A stretch of 64,000 bases of DNA from Ignavibacteriota bacterium (GCA_963787835.1 CAWBEI010000004.1:320001-384000); one strand, 5' to 3'; counted from the first letter of the stretch, positions 10,438 through 20,634 are shown. The notes: generated by a model from the letters alone, not told the origin. Numbers and translations: made by a program.

Positions 10438-10656
10438 TTCTTCCTGGATGCCACTATGGAATATAACTCCCGAGGAGGAATAAGCTCACAAGAAAAACTT
10501 ATACGTGGGTTTACAAGTGTGAATGAAGTATGGTTCGGCTTGAGTATAGAAGTATGGTTCGGCATGAGCGTAATTGAATCTTCCAAAGGCATGTGATTGA
10601 ATCTTCTCAGGAGGCATTGGGTTTAGGTGCCCCAATTATAAAACACATTCCGCAGC

Positions 10657-11809
10657 ATGAGCGAAATTACTACGACCCAAATTGCCGATCTACGAGGGCG
10701 CCTTGCAGAGCTTGGCGACTCTCTTTGACCTCGCTCTAAAAGAGCGCCGGATCGAGCAGCTCGAAAACGAATCTGGCCAGCCCGAATTCTGGAACGACCC
10801 CAAAAAAGCCCAGCAATCCATGCAAGTCCTCTCCCGCTTAAAAAAGGAGCGGGATGATTTCCAAAAGCTTCGCTCACGCTTGGACGATGCCGAAGAACTC
10901 TTCGAGATCGCCCGTGAGGATGAATCCCTTGCAGGACAAGTTGCCGAAGAATTTCAGCGCCTTACCGATGAACTTACCGCGCAGGAAGTGGCCGTCATGC
11001 TCAGCAAGCCGGACGATCACAAGGATGCGATCTTGACCATCAATGCGGGTCAGGGCGGCACGGAAGCATGCGATTGGGCGGAAATGCTCGAACGCATGTA
11101 CACCCGCTGGGGCGAACGCAATGGATATAAAGTCCGGATGCTGGATGAACAGCCGGGAGATAGCGCAGGTATTAAATCCGCTACTCTGGAATTCAATGGC
11201 GAGAATGCCTTTGGCTATTTGAAGACCGAAAATGGTGTGCATCGCCTTGTGCGCATTTCGCCGTACGATGCGAACGCTCGCCGCCACACAAGCTTTGCGA
11301 GCGTCTATGCCTATCCGGTGATCGAGGAGGATAACACCGAGATCGTGCTCAATCCGGCTCTGTTGCAGCGCGATACGTACCGTTCCGGCGGTAAAGGCGG
11401 ACAGAATGTCAACAAAGTGGAAACAGCCGTTCGCCTTACCTATAAATATACGGATGCTCAGGGTGGCGAGCACACCGTGATCGCGGCATGTCAGGAGGAA
11501 CGCTCGCAATTCCAAAATGGCGAGCGTGCTATGAAGATGCTAAAATCCCGCATTGCTGCCATCGACCGGGAAATGGAAGAAGCGCGATTGAACGCCATCG
11601 AAGGATCGAAGAAAAAGATCACCTGGGGTTCCCAAATTCGGTCGTATGTGTTCCAGCCTTACACGATGGTAAAGGATCACCGCACCAAGGTTGGAAAAAC
11701 CGATGTGCAAGCCGTGATGGATGGCGACATCACCGATTTCATGAAGGCCTACCTGCTCTACGAAGGCGGCAAGCTGAAAGTCAGCGACGCAGCGGAAGAG
11801 GAGTTGTAG
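10657..11809 (+). CDS. prfB: Peptide chain release factor 2, +1 programmed frameshift at 10723-10729
   Basis: ATG 10657 reads MSEITTTQIADLRGRLAELGDSL then CTT TGA C; the +1 frame continues DLALKERR...; GGTEACDWAEML, LVRISPY, GGKGGQNVNKVET, WGSQIRSYV. Confidence 0.97.
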
Positions 11810-11856
11810 CTCCCCCTCCTATGAGCTTGCGAATAGGATGGGGCTGGGGGGTGGTC
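11807..11856. repeat. REP-like palindrome, family CTCCCCCTCCT...AGGAGGGG-CTGGGGGGTGGT (copy A, intergenic)
   Basis: TAGCTCCCCCTCCTAT-loop-ATAGGATGGGGCTGGGGGGTGGTC; related copies at 28225 and 29755. Confidence 0.7.
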
Positions 11857-11899
11857 GATGAGGAACTGCTGCAGTATGTCCAGTCGTTAATTTCAATAT

Positions 11900-12124
11900 A
11901 TGCCACCAAATTTGACCGCTGTTTTTCAGAAAGTCCCGGAGGGCTACATCGGCTTCGTCGAGGAACTTCCTGGAGCGAATACCCAGGGTGCGACACTCGA
12001 AGAAGTACGCCGAAACTTGCGCGAGGCTATTGGGCTTGTGCTTCAGGCGAATAAAGAGCTTGCAGAGGAATCTATCCTTGGGTTCGACGTAATTCGTGAG
12101 CCAATTGCCGCTTCATTCGCTTGA
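11900..12124 (+). CDS. hicB: HicB-family antitoxin (short form)
   Basis: GYIGFVEELPGANTQGATLEEVRRNLREAI signature. Confidence 0.9.
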   Translation: MPPNLTAVFQKVPEGYIGFVEELPGANTQGATLEEVRRNLREAIGLVLQANKELAEESILGFDVIREPIAASFA

Positions 12125-12315
12125 AGAGGAAAGAGCTTCTCCGTCATCTTGACGCGAACGGTTGCCAGTTTCTGCGGGAGGGCGGTAACCATTCGGTGTA
12201 TGTCAATCGAGAAGCTCGCGCATCGTCTTCGATCCCTCGTCATACGGAAATAAATGATTTGTTGGTCCGCAAAATTTGCAAAGATCTTAACGTTCCGCCA
12301 CCTCGAAAAACATAG
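12121..12315 (+). CDS. hicA: HicA-family mRNA interferase toxin
   Basis: MKRKELLRHL..GC.FLREGGNHSVY.N..IPRH.EI..LVRKICKDL; 4-nt overlap with hicB. Confidence 0.9.
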   Translation: MKRKELLRHLDANGCQFLREGGNHSVYVNREARASSSIPRHTEINDLLVRKICKDLNVPPPRKT

Positions 12316-12350
12316 CGAAGAATATCCCACCCCCCGGAGAGATGAGTGAA

Positions 12351-13397
12351 TCATTCCTTCACCAATTTCACGGTTTGGGCTTCACCGTAGGTGGTTTGGA
12401 TACGAGCGAAGTAGGTGCCCGAGGGCAGACCTACAAGGGACATTGGAACCGATAGATTACCCGGCTCCGCTACGCCACCAAAACCTGCCGACGATACCTG
12501 ATGACCCAATACATCATACAGATTCACTGTGACATACGCCTCGCGAGTAATGCCAAACGAAATGACCGTTCCCTCCCCTGTGGGGTTGGGATATGCGCTT
12601 GCGTTTGAAATAATGCTTGGTGTATTGCTGCTAACGCCAAGCAAGCCGGCATATTTTAGCACACTATCTAATCCAAGCTGGTGCATGGTGTAGATGGTGG
12701 TGTCGAGTGGGTTTGTTGCAGTATCCTGCGTATCCAGCCACGCGCGTATTTGCGAGCCGCGACCGTTAGCATAGAATTCGGAATCATACGAACTATAGCA
12801 CAACGGATTGTGCTGTAGCCAATATAGAACAGACATAGCTTCATTCGTTGCGGTATTTTCTGCAGTCCAAGAAGTGTCGGTTGTGCCGAACGTTTGCATT
12901 ATTGCAAACACGTCTGAGCAGAAGTAGTCCGGACTATTTGTGTTCCAAGCAAGGGCGGAAATGAGCCATTGCCGAAAAGGCAGTAAGGCAGCAGGTAATG
13001 GACCCGCGCCTCCGTACGCCGCATCGCCCGCCAGATCACCAAATGCAAATGGTGCATGTGGGTCGGTTGGACACCGTTCCACGAAAGCCATCGAGGTATC
13101 AAAGGCTGATGTGTATTGACCAGAAGCCTGTAAAAGAGAGCTAACATTATAAGAATGTTGACATGAAGTATCCATTGGCACAGATAGAGTCTTCACTCCC
13201 TTAGGAACATTCACAGCAACCGAGACACTGCAATCAATTCCAGTTGGCTCGTCCTCTGTTGCCCGCGTATGGGTTGGAGAGGGACTGAATGTAATTCCCG
13301 GTACATTTATCTGGGAAGTCCCATTGTTCGATTGCGTTTGCAGAGATGCTGCAGTGCATAGCAACATCGTCAAGAAACCAACAGCAATTTTTTTCAT
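12351..13397 (-). CDS. Hypothetical secreted protein with T9SS type-A CTD
   Basis: Signal peptide; C-terminal AYPNPT..LYDVLGHQV..LPSGTYFARI..TVKLVKE. Confidence 0.82.
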   Translation of the reverse strand: MKKIAVGFLTMLLCTAASLQTQSNNGTSQINVPGITFSPSPTHTRATEDEPTGIDCSVSVAVNVPKGVKTLSVPMDTSCQHSYNVSSLLQASGQYTSAFDTSMAFVERCPTDPHAPFAFGDLAGDAAYGGAGPLPAALLPFRQWLISALAWNTNSPDYFCSDVFAIMQTFGTTDTSWTAENTATNEAMSVLYWLQHNPLCYSSYDSEFYANGRGSQIRAWLDTQDTATNPLDTTIYTMHQLGLDSVLKYAGLLGVSSNTPSIISNASAYPNPTGEGTVISFGITREAYVTVNLYDVLGHQVSSAGFGGVAEPGNLSVPMSLVGLPSGTYFARIQTTYGEAQTVKLVKE

Positions 13398-13449
13398 ACC
13401 CTAACAATTTATGATAATTCCCGGACCGGGGAACGCATGGCGGTAGGCT

Positions 13450-13550
13450 CGTAGGTGCGTCCGTCCCCGTTGGCGGTCATCCCCGTTTGAATATACATCT
13501 TAATAGCGATCCTAATTCCCCGGGACGGACGTGCGCAGCACGTCCCTACG
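13450..13550. repeat. GTAG-family REP doublet (one intact, one internally deleted copy, inverted)
   Basis: CCGGGACGGACGTGCGCAGCACGTCCCTACG (reverse complement reads GTAG-GGACGTGC-TGC-GCACGTCC) facing CGTAGGTGCGTCCGTCCCC at 13450. Confidence 0.65.
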
Positions 13551-13610
13551 TTAGGAGAAATTCCGAATTTGGTGGCGTCTCGGAAAAGTGTCGTATATTA
13601 GGTGGTGAGA

Positions 13611-13855
13611 TGATGGGCACCCTGTATCAATTAAGAAGTAAGAATTAGACCACGATTTACAGGATTCTCGGGATTAGGGAAGGATGGGGGAGTTCATTGA
13701 AAATTGATTTTGGCAATAGGTTTCGTTATGAACGAGTTCTCTGTGAAGGGACTTTTATGAATACTCGTTGGAACAAATGGCGAAATTGGCCCAGAAACGA
13801 GGGAGGAGCAAGGAATATCGGGAACTCAGCAAGAAAAAGAAATGGCACCTATTTC
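13611..13855 (+). repeat. ~240-bp dispersed non-coding element, copy 1 (GGCACC direct-repeat ends, heptamer-like core)
   Basis: Shares TGATGGGCACC, GTATCAATTAAGAAGTAAGAATT, GGGGAGTTCAT and GGCACCTRTTTC in the same order with the reverse complement of 48157-48393. Confidence 0.6.
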
Positions 13856-13917
13856 TTGGTGACAGCATGTTTGCCCTTTCTGAACCAATCTCACCCTCCG
13901 CTTTGTAAGCATAAGAG

Positions 13918-14826
13918 GTGGTAGATTATTTTCAGGTGTTTGGCGTGCAGCGGAATGCCTCCGATCGGGAGATCAAGGAGGCATATCGCGCGCTGGCCAA
14001 GAAATATCATCCGGATTCACACGCGAGCGATCCCGGAGCCGAACGCCAGATGCAGCAGATCAACGAGGCGAAAGCCGTCCTGTTCGATCCTGTTCGACGG
14101 GAGGAGCATCGCGCGGCGCTTCGTATGCGGGAGACGTTCTCTGCCGAGCATATCGAGGAACTTCGCAGAAATTCCCGATTTCAAGGCACGACGACCTACA
14201 AGCCTGCACCCGAACCCCGCCGCCCCAAAAGCAAGTGGGATAAACGGTGGAAGCAATATACAATAGGAATTATTGCGGGGATGGTCTTTTGCGCAATAGG
14301 CATTATTGCTTACGGGATCGTTTCTGCGCCACGCGCTTTCGAGGCCGATCCGATCAAGGATATGATCGAACGGTACCGAGCGCATCCGCCGAAGCCGGCG
14401 GCGGATAGCCTCGACGATATTCAGGACGCATTTGCGTTCCCGGTGGATAGCGTTCCGAAGCTTCGCCAACTGGGCGATGTGATGCTCGGAGCAGGGGAGT
14501 TCCGCTCGGCGTCGAGATTATATGAAGCATATCTGAAACAGGCGCCGCCGAACGACACAGTAGTCGGGGAACTTGCGCTGGCGCTGTTCCGGCAAGGGAA
14601 GTATATCGAGACGATGGAAACGGTCTCGGGCAAAATGCGCGTCGATTCCAATCGCGTTGCGGCGTATTACAAGATCGGGAAGCTTTTTCTCAACGAGGAT
14701 AAGCCTTTCGATGCGCGGGATGCCTTCCAGGCATCGGTTCACATTGCCGATAGCATGACACATGCCGGTCGGCGTCCTCCCGAGGACGCTAGCCGAGCGA
14801 GAGATGAACTCTCGCGGATCAATTAA
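13918..14826 (+). CDS. DnaJ-domain membrane protein with TPR-like C-terminus
   Basis: DYFQVFGV..EIKEAYRALAKKYHPD (HPD motif), TM segment IGIIAGMVFCAIGIIAYGIV, helical TPR-like tail. Confidence 0.85.
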   Translation: MVDYFQVFGVQRNASDREIKEAYRALAKKYHPDSHASDPGAERQMQQINEAKAVLFDPVRREEHRAALRMRETFSAEHIEELRRNSRFQGTTTYKPAPEPRRPKSKWDKRWKQYTIGIIAGMVFCAIGIIAYGIVSAPRAFEADPIKDMIERYRAHPPKPAADSLDDIQDAFAFPVDSVPKLRQLGDVMLGAGEFRSASRLYEAYLKQAPPNDTVVGELALALFRQGKYIETMETVSGKMRVDSNRVAAYYKIGKLFLNEDKPFDARDAFQASVHIADSMTHAGRRPPEDASRARDELSRIN

Positions 14827-14839
14827 TGTCTAAATCGGT

Positions 14840-15031
14840 ATGAATAAAATTATTCTCGTTCTTTCAATCTTAATTGCACTCGTCGGAATGGTATGGTTCG
14901 GTCAGGGCATCGGCCTGATCCACGGCAGCGTAATGACCGACGACAGCAAATGGGCTGTCATCGGCGGCATAATGATCGTGGTGGGCGTGGCAGGCTTCTG
15001 GTTTTCGAGAAGGAAAAATAGAAAAAATTGA
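14840..15031 (+). CDS. Small two-TM membrane protein
   Basis: Two hydrophobic helices, GxVWFGQGxG motif, basic tail. Confidence 0.7.
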   Translation: MNKIILVLSILIALVGMVWFGQGIGLIHGSVMTDDSKWAVIGGIMIVVGVAGFWFSRRKNRKN

Positions 15032-15033
15032 TT

Positions 15034-15747
15034 CTATCTTTTTCCACCGCCTCTTACGGCGCTGCCAGATTTCACTGCTGGACCGGATGGCCGAGTGTAT
15101 CCGCCGCCATAATTCAGCTTTCTGCTGGCGGCCGGCATCGAGGGTGAGATCGATTTCATGGGCACTTGATGGACTACGCGATGGTACGTTGAGGGACCAG
15201 GCGCAGCATTTGGTTTGGCAACCGGCCGTTGCATGAATGTTACACGATTTGTATTTTCATTGAACGCACGAGGTACGAGTTCATGACCCGGCGCGGTATT
15301 CGTGATGATTCGGTTGTGGACTACGATGTCCCGATACTGATCGTACCCATGCGCAGGATAATTAGCACGGTAATAACCCTCGTTCAGCCACGGGCGAGAT
15401 ATAGTATGGTCGATGAGCACAATAAATGCGCCGCTGAGATCGATACCGGCATACTGCGGTGGTGGGCCTTGGCTGGATACCCAGACACCATCCGGGCCAA
15501 GATACCAGAACAGGCCATCCCAGACATCGTAGTACATGTCGTAATCGGGAAGGTAGTAATATCGGACAGTGCTGACGTTATCGTAGGGTGGCGCCCACGG
15601 GGGTGGCACGTAGGTAGGAATATCAACACCAATGCCAACGCGAATCTGAGCCATGCTCGGGCTTCCGACGCAGGCGACCCCAGCGATGAGAGCAAGAACG
15701 AACACAATGTGACGTAAAGTAATCAGCAGGTTAAAATGTTGTTTCAT
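15034..15747 (-). CDS. Hypothetical secreted protein (PPPWAPPY..YYYLPD family)
   Basis: Signal peptide ending SMA-Q, then IRVGIGV..PPPWAP..YYYLPDYDMYYDV; ATG at 15747 preferred. Confidence 0.7.
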   Translation of the reverse strand: MKQHFNLLITLRHIVFVLALIAGVACVGSPSMAQIRVGIGVDIPTYVPPPWAPPYDNVSTVRYYYLPDYDMYYDVWDGLFWYLGPDGVWVSSQGPPPQYAGIDLSGAFIVLIDHTISRPWLNEGYYRANYPAHGYDQYRDIVVHNRIITNTAPGHELVPRAFNENTNRVTFMQRPVAKPNAAPGPSTYHRVVHQVPMKSISPSMPAASRKLNYGGGYTRPSGPAVKSGSAVRGGGKR

Positions 15748-15861
15748 AATGATACAAATAATGAATATTCCTCTACATATAAGCAAAATTCGTACCGATT
15801 CTTTGTGTGGACACTTGGTCTCAGGCAATGAGATTCCCTTAGCCATTGTTATCTCTTACCG

Positions 15862-16977
15862 ATGAGACCTACTCGCGCCGAAATTCAAACAGATTCTTTT
15901 CTCGCTAATCTCCGCCTTGTTCGTAAGCAGATCGGTGAGCGGGCACGTATCATGCCGATCGTGAAAGCGAATGCCTATGGACATGGCCTCGATATTATCG
16001 CAAAAGCAGCTATCCAAAGCGAAGAGATCGACTTCTTCGGTGTAGCGACCGAAGAAGAGGGAATGCGCCTGCGCAGGCTGACTACCCTCCCAATTCTCGT
16101 TCTCACAGGTGCCACGATAGATGACGTCGATACTTTTCTGAATCACCAGCTTGATTTTACGCTTTCGGATTGGGAGACGCTTGCATGTATTGCTGCCCGT
16201 GCTTCTGCAACGGGCATCCGTGCGCGAGTTCATTTGAAAGTCGATACCGGAATGCGGCGTATGGGCGTCGAACCATCAGAAGCGCTCCCATTTCTGCGCG
16301 AGATCGAACAACATTCTGCGAACGTCGAACTTGTCGGACTTTCAACACACTTTGCCACAAGCGATGAACTCGATCAGACTTTTTTTTGCAAACAGATAGC
16401 GGGGTTTGAATCTGTGGTGCGTGAGGCTCGCGGCGCAGGTATTCATATTCCTCTTGTTCATGCTGCAAATAGCGGGGCCATTTTGCAGGCGCCGAAGGAA
16501 TCAGCATTCGACATGGTGCGTCCGGGAATTATGTTGTATGGATATGCCCCGAACATGGAATTGCAAGAGCTTTTTGGAGAAGAACTTCACGCTTGTTTAA
16601 CGCTCGTGAGCACGGTGGTTTTGGTGAAGCAGATCAACGAAGGCGAGGGTGTAAGCTACAATCTTCGCTGGCGTGCCCCGCACCCGACGCGCATCGCGAC
16701 CGTCCCGATCGGTTATGGCGATGGCTATCCGCGCTTGCTCACAGGAAGAGCCTTGGCGATGATTAACGGGAGGATCTATCCTGTCGTTGGCGCGATATGT
16801 ATGGACCAAGTGATGATCGATGTGGGGAATGATGATGTGAAGATCGGTGACCGCGTTGAATTCATCTCAGCGACGAACAGCGAACTGAATGCGTGGTCGC
16901 TTGCGAACATTATCGGAACGATCCCATACGAAATTCTGACTGGTATTGCAGCACGGGTTCCAAGGGTTGCCATATAA
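15862..16977 (+). CDS. alr: Alanine racemase
   Basis: VKANAYGHG (PLP Lys), HLKVDTGMRRMG, HAANSG, VRPGIMLYG, GYGDGYPR, CMDQ. Confidence 0.98.
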   Translation: MRPTRAEIQTDSFLANLRLVRKQIGERARIMPIVKANAYGHGLDIIAKAAIQSEEIDFFGVATEEEGMRLRRLTTLPILVLTGATIDDVDTFLNHQLDFTLSDWETLACIAARASATGIRARVHLKVDTGMRRMGVEPSEALPFLREIEQHSANVELVGLSTHFATSDELDQTFFCKQIAGFESVVREARGAGIHIPLVHAANSGAILQAPKESAFDMVRPGIMLYGYAPNMELQELFGEELHACLTLVSTVVLVKQINEGEGVSYNLRWRAPHPTRIATVPIGYGDGYPRLLTGRALAMINGRIYPVVGAICMDQVMIDVGNDDVKIGDRVEFISATNSELNAWSLANIIGTIPYEILTGIAARVPRVAI

Positions 16978-16980
16978 TAC

Positions 16981-17433
16981 ATGGTTCACACTATGAAATG
17001 GATCAGCCGTTCCGAACAACAAACCGTATCCTTTGGCGAGGAATTTGGCAGGCAATACATTCGCGATGGGGTGGTCGTATGTGTGCATGGCGAACTTGGT
17101 GCTGGCAAAACACATTTTATCAAGGGGATCGCAGGTTCGCTTGGGATCGACGAGCGGGAGTTAACCTCGCCCACATTCGCGCTGGCTAATGAATATGAGT
17201 GTTTTAATATCGGTGTACCATTCACGCTGTATCATCTCGATTGCTACCGGTTCGAGAAGCCGGAAGAGTTACTCGAATTAGGAGTGGAGGATTATCTTTA
17301 TCCGCAGCACGCAGCAACGATCATCGAATGGCCGGAGCGGATCATTGGGCTGATTCCGGAGAATGCAATTCATGTGGTCATCGATGTTATTTCCGAAACT
17401 GAGCGGGTTATTGAGGTAAGGGTTAAGAAGTAA
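16981..17433 (+). CDS. tsaE: tRNA t6A biosynthesis ATPase TsaE
   Basis: GELGAGKT, SPTFAL, HLDCYR, IIEWPE. Confidence 0.96.
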   Translation: MVHTMKWISRSEQQTVSFGEEFGRQYIRDGVVVCVHGELGAGKTHFIKGIAGSLGIDERELTSPTFALANEYECFNIGVPFTLYHLDCYRFEKPEELLELGVEDYLYPQHAATIIEWPERIIGLIPENAIHVVIDVISETERVIEVRVKK

Positions 17434-17442
17434 AAATTATCT

Positions 17443-18099
17443 GTGATTTTAGTCCTCGATACATCTAGTTCCCAACTTTCTATCGGCCTATCTACTGCCG
17501 ATGGTACACTATTACGGGAGTTTCACGCGGAGCCAGATGCCGGTGCAGGCGAGCGGACAATTCACGATGCGCGTCTTGCGATCGAGACGTCAAAACTACT
17601 CCAAGCCGAATCTATGCCTGCGGACTCGATCACTCGCATTGGGCTGATCATTGGTCCGGGAAGTTTTACGGGACTCAGGATCGGACTTTCGTTCGCCAAA
17701 GGGTTGGCGTTCGCTACCGGAGCCGGGATAGCGCCACTGACGCTTCACGAAGTGTTACAGGCTGAAGCCAGTGGATTCGATGGGCTGATTGTTACTCCTG
17801 CCTACCGACAGGAGTTGTGCTATGTTTCGGAATCTATTCTTCCAAACGCGATCCAGCTGGTTACCGAGGAGGAGTTTTTGAAGCAATTACCTCGGGAGAT
17901 ACTTGCGCACGATTCCTTTCTGCTTCACGATCAGTCATTTATCCCCCCAACGTCGTCATTTGTATCGCTATCGTTGGCGGCCACGTCCCGTCTGACTGCG
18001 AGATCGTTAGAGGTTACCTTTGGTCCAGCCCTTGATGCGCTGGAGCCTCTTTATCTGACGGAATTTAGTGTTGGAATGCCCACCAAGGCCATAAATTAA
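17443..18099 (+). CDS. tsaB: tRNA t6A biosynthesis protein TsaB
   Basis: ILVLDTS, GPGSFTGLRIG..AKGLA, EPLYL; follows tsaE. Confidence 0.93.
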   Translation: MILVLDTSSSQLSIGLSTADGTLLREFHAEPDAGAGERTIHDARLAIETSKLLQAESMPADSITRIGLIIGPGSFTGLRIGLSFAKGLAFATGAGIAPLTLHEVLQAEASGFDGLIVTPAYRQELCYVSESILPNAIQLVTEEEFLKQLPREILAHDSFLLHDQSFIPPTSSFVSLSLAATSRLTARSLEVTFGPALDALEPLYLTEFSVGMPTKAIN

Positions 18100-18148
18100 A
18101 TTTTAGATTAATGGAGTTCCAGACATCGTGATCGGTGTTACTACACTA

Positions 18149-19081
18149 ATGCCTCGAAAGCTTAAGGAAGTATTAAAACCGCGGTCTGCCGCTGAATTGG
18201 TGCAGAGTGCATGCGAGGAGTCCCTTGTATCACTGAAGCGGTATCACGCTGGTGCACTGCGGTCTCAAGCGGAGCCGGTGCATCAGATGCGGATTGGCAC
18301 AAGGCGGCTGCGAGCAATGCTGCGTATCGTTGCCGATGTCATGGATAGTCAATGGGCGGTTGAACTCGACTCCGAATTGCGCTGGCTTGCGCATTTGCTG
18401 GGAGCAGTTCGTGATCTGGATGTGCTCCGCTCGCGCCTGTATGATTCTCTAAAAGCCGGGAATCCCGAGGAACGAGTAACCTTTCGGAATGTTGAACACG
18501 TGCTTATTTCCCGGCATCGCGATGCGAAGGCTGTGATGCTGGAAGGGCTTAAAAGCAAGCGGTATCAAGTATTATTGGAGCGCCTGAGTGCCGGAGCACT
18601 TGCTCCGCAGCTAACGCTGGAAGCGGGTGCATCGGCGCAGGCAGTATTTTTACCGAGGCTCGATCGAGCGTGGAAAAAGCTTTCCCGGGCTGCGGAAAAG
18701 TTGAAGCGATCCGATCCAGCGCCGGAATATCATCGCGTTCGAAAGATGGGAAAACGCATTCGGTATGTCGCCGAGTTACTCTGTTCTGATCTTTCACCGA
18801 AGAACCGCCAGCGAGCTCTGAAATTCATCAATGCGATGAAAAAGATGCAAGATACGCTCGGTGAGTTACAGGACGCGGATGTTGCATCGAAAACACTCAG
18901 GCTTATGTCCGAATTAGAAACAAAGCATCCTGAAGGCCTTCGCGAGCTCATACGAACTCAGGGAAAACTCGAAGAAAAGGCCCGACGCAAGTTTCCAAAA
19001 GTCTGGCAAGCCGCACATGAACTCGGAAACAATAAATGGATGTCGCCGCCAATTAATACCACACAAACACCCTCAACTTAA
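18149..19081 (+). CDS. CHAD-domain (polyphosphate-binding) protein
   Basis: VHQMRIGTRRLRA, LGAVRDLDV, YHRVRKMGKRIRY, QDTLGELQDADV. Confidence 0.92.
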   Translation: MPRKLKEVLKPRSAAELVQSACEESLVSLKRYHAGALRSQAEPVHQMRIGTRRLRAMLRIVADVMDSQWAVELDSELRWLAHLLGAVRDLDVLRSRLYDSLKAGNPEERVTFRNVEHVLISRHRDAKAVMLEGLKSKRYQVLLERLSAGALAPQLTLEAGASAQAVFLPRLDRAWKKLSRAAEKLKRSDPAPEYHRVRKMGKRIRYVAELLCSDLSPKNRQRALKFINAMKKMQDTLGELQDADVASKTLRLMSELETKHPEGLRELIRTQGKLEEKARRKFPKVWQAAHELGNNKWMSPPINTTQTPST

Positions 19082-19168
19082 TCTGATAATGATAATTTAA
19101 CACCCATTCCTACTACATTTGATGTTACAACAAAATATTTTTGCCCAAAGAGGGCTTTTTAGAAGAAC

Positions 19169-19840
19169 ATGATCTCATACGGTGACCATAAATTTCCAGG
19201 GCGGCTCTTTGTCGTTGAAGGTACGGATGGCAGTGGTAAATCCACGCAACTTGCTTTGCTTTATCAGTGGCTGAAGAGTGAAGGCTATCCCGTCATTTTT
19301 TCCGAATGGAATTCCTCACCGCTAGTCATGCAAACGACGAAGCGGGCGAAGAAGAAGACCCTCTTTACTCCAGCAACGTTTTCATTGCTACATGCAACAG
19401 ACTTTGCAGACCGCACAGAACGCGATATTATTCCACCGCTCAAAGCGGGAGCGATCGTGCTGGCGGATCGTTATATTTATACGGCCTTTGCACGCGATGT
19501 CACCCGAGGATGCGACCCCAAATGGGTGCGGCAGATCTATCGCTTTGCAGTCGAGCCAACGGTTCGGTTCTTCTTTCGCGCTCCGCTCGAAGTGGCCTTG
19601 GAACGTATTCTTTCGGGACGACCGGAATTAAAATACTATGAAGCCGGAATGGATCGCGGATTTGCCGATAATGAAGAGGATAGCTTTCGTATCTTTCAAG
19701 GAAAGATCCTCGATGAATACGATAAGATGGTGAGTGAATTCGGGCTTACCGTCATTGATGCAACTCGTTCGATCTTACAGCAGCAGCAAGAAATGCGCAA
19801 GATCATCACTCCACAATTAAAAGGACTCCAGAGGTTTTAA
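19169..19840 (+). CDS. Thymidylate-kinase-like P-loop kinase (copy 1)
   Basis: VEGTDGSGKSTQ P-loop, LADRYIYT motif. Confidence 0.88.
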   Translation: MISYGDHKFPGRLFVVEGTDGSGKSTQLALLYQWLKSEGYPVIFSEWNSSPLVMQTTKRAKKKTLFTPATFSLLHATDFADRTERDIIPPLKAGAIVLADRYIYTAFARDVTRGCDPKWVRQIYRFAVEPTVRFFFRAPLEVALERILSGRPELKYYEAGMDRGFADNEEDSFRIFQGKILDEYDKMVSEFGLTVIDATRSILQQQQEMRKIITPQLKGLQRF

Positions 19841-20634
19841 ATGACTCCCATGCGATTTTACGGAACCCCTTTACCGGATGTCGATCTCAAGCCGTATCCT
19901 GGTAAACTTATCGTCATTGAAGGCACCGATGGCGTCGGACGCTCCACGCACATCGCGGAACTTCGGACGTGGCTGGAAGCCCAGGGATATGCCGTTGCCG
20001 ATACCGGTATGACTCGTTCTCAACTTGCCGGACAAGGCATCAAGGAGGCGAAAATGGGGCATACGCTTGGAAAGCTGACCATGCAGCTTTTCTATGCAAC
20101 CGACTTTGCCGACCGGCTTGATAACGAGATTATTCCGCCCTCAAAGCGGGTTTTATCGTGCTTACGGATCGCTATGTGTATTCTGCTATTGCACGCGCTG
20201 TCGCGCGGGGTATGGATCCTGAGTGGGTGCGCGACATTTATCGTATATCCGTTGTGCCGGACGCCATTTTTTATCTTCGCATCGATAGTATTTCTGATCT
20301 CGTGCTTCGATTGCTCGAAACCGGCAAAGGCTTCGATTACTGGGAATCTGGAATGGATGTTGGCTTGGGTGAGGATTTTTACGACAGTTTCGTTGCGTAT
20401 CAATCCAAACTATTGAAGGAGTTCGATCGAATGACATCGGAATACGATTTCAAAGTTATTCGTGCCTCTCGTTCAATCGCCCGCGTTTCGGCGGATCTGC
20501 GGCGAGCTGTGACAGCCGTGATCGATGCACCTTCGCTCGAACCGGAAGTCGTCCCGTCACCAAGGCAGATGGCGTCTGCTAACGTGGTAAGAAACAAGCA
20601 GCATGATAATGCTGAATTTCGGGCCGGTGTTTAG
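19841..20634 (+). CDS. Thymidylate-kinase-like protein (copy 2, GRST P-loop); frame break near 20137, probably a sequencing error
   Basis: IEGTDGVGRSTH; adding one G (ccg[g]ccctc) gives IIPALKAGFIVLTDRYVYS and joins ORFs 19841 and 20158. Confidence 0.85.

Noticed and set aside
10525-10570. Possible mini-CRISPR
   Set aside because: Only two 20-bp repeats separated by 4 bp; no spacers of CRISPR length and no cas genes
10682-10725. ORF-track N-terminus of prfB (MPIYEGALQ...)
   Set aside because: Artefact of the +1 frameshift; the real start is ATG 10657
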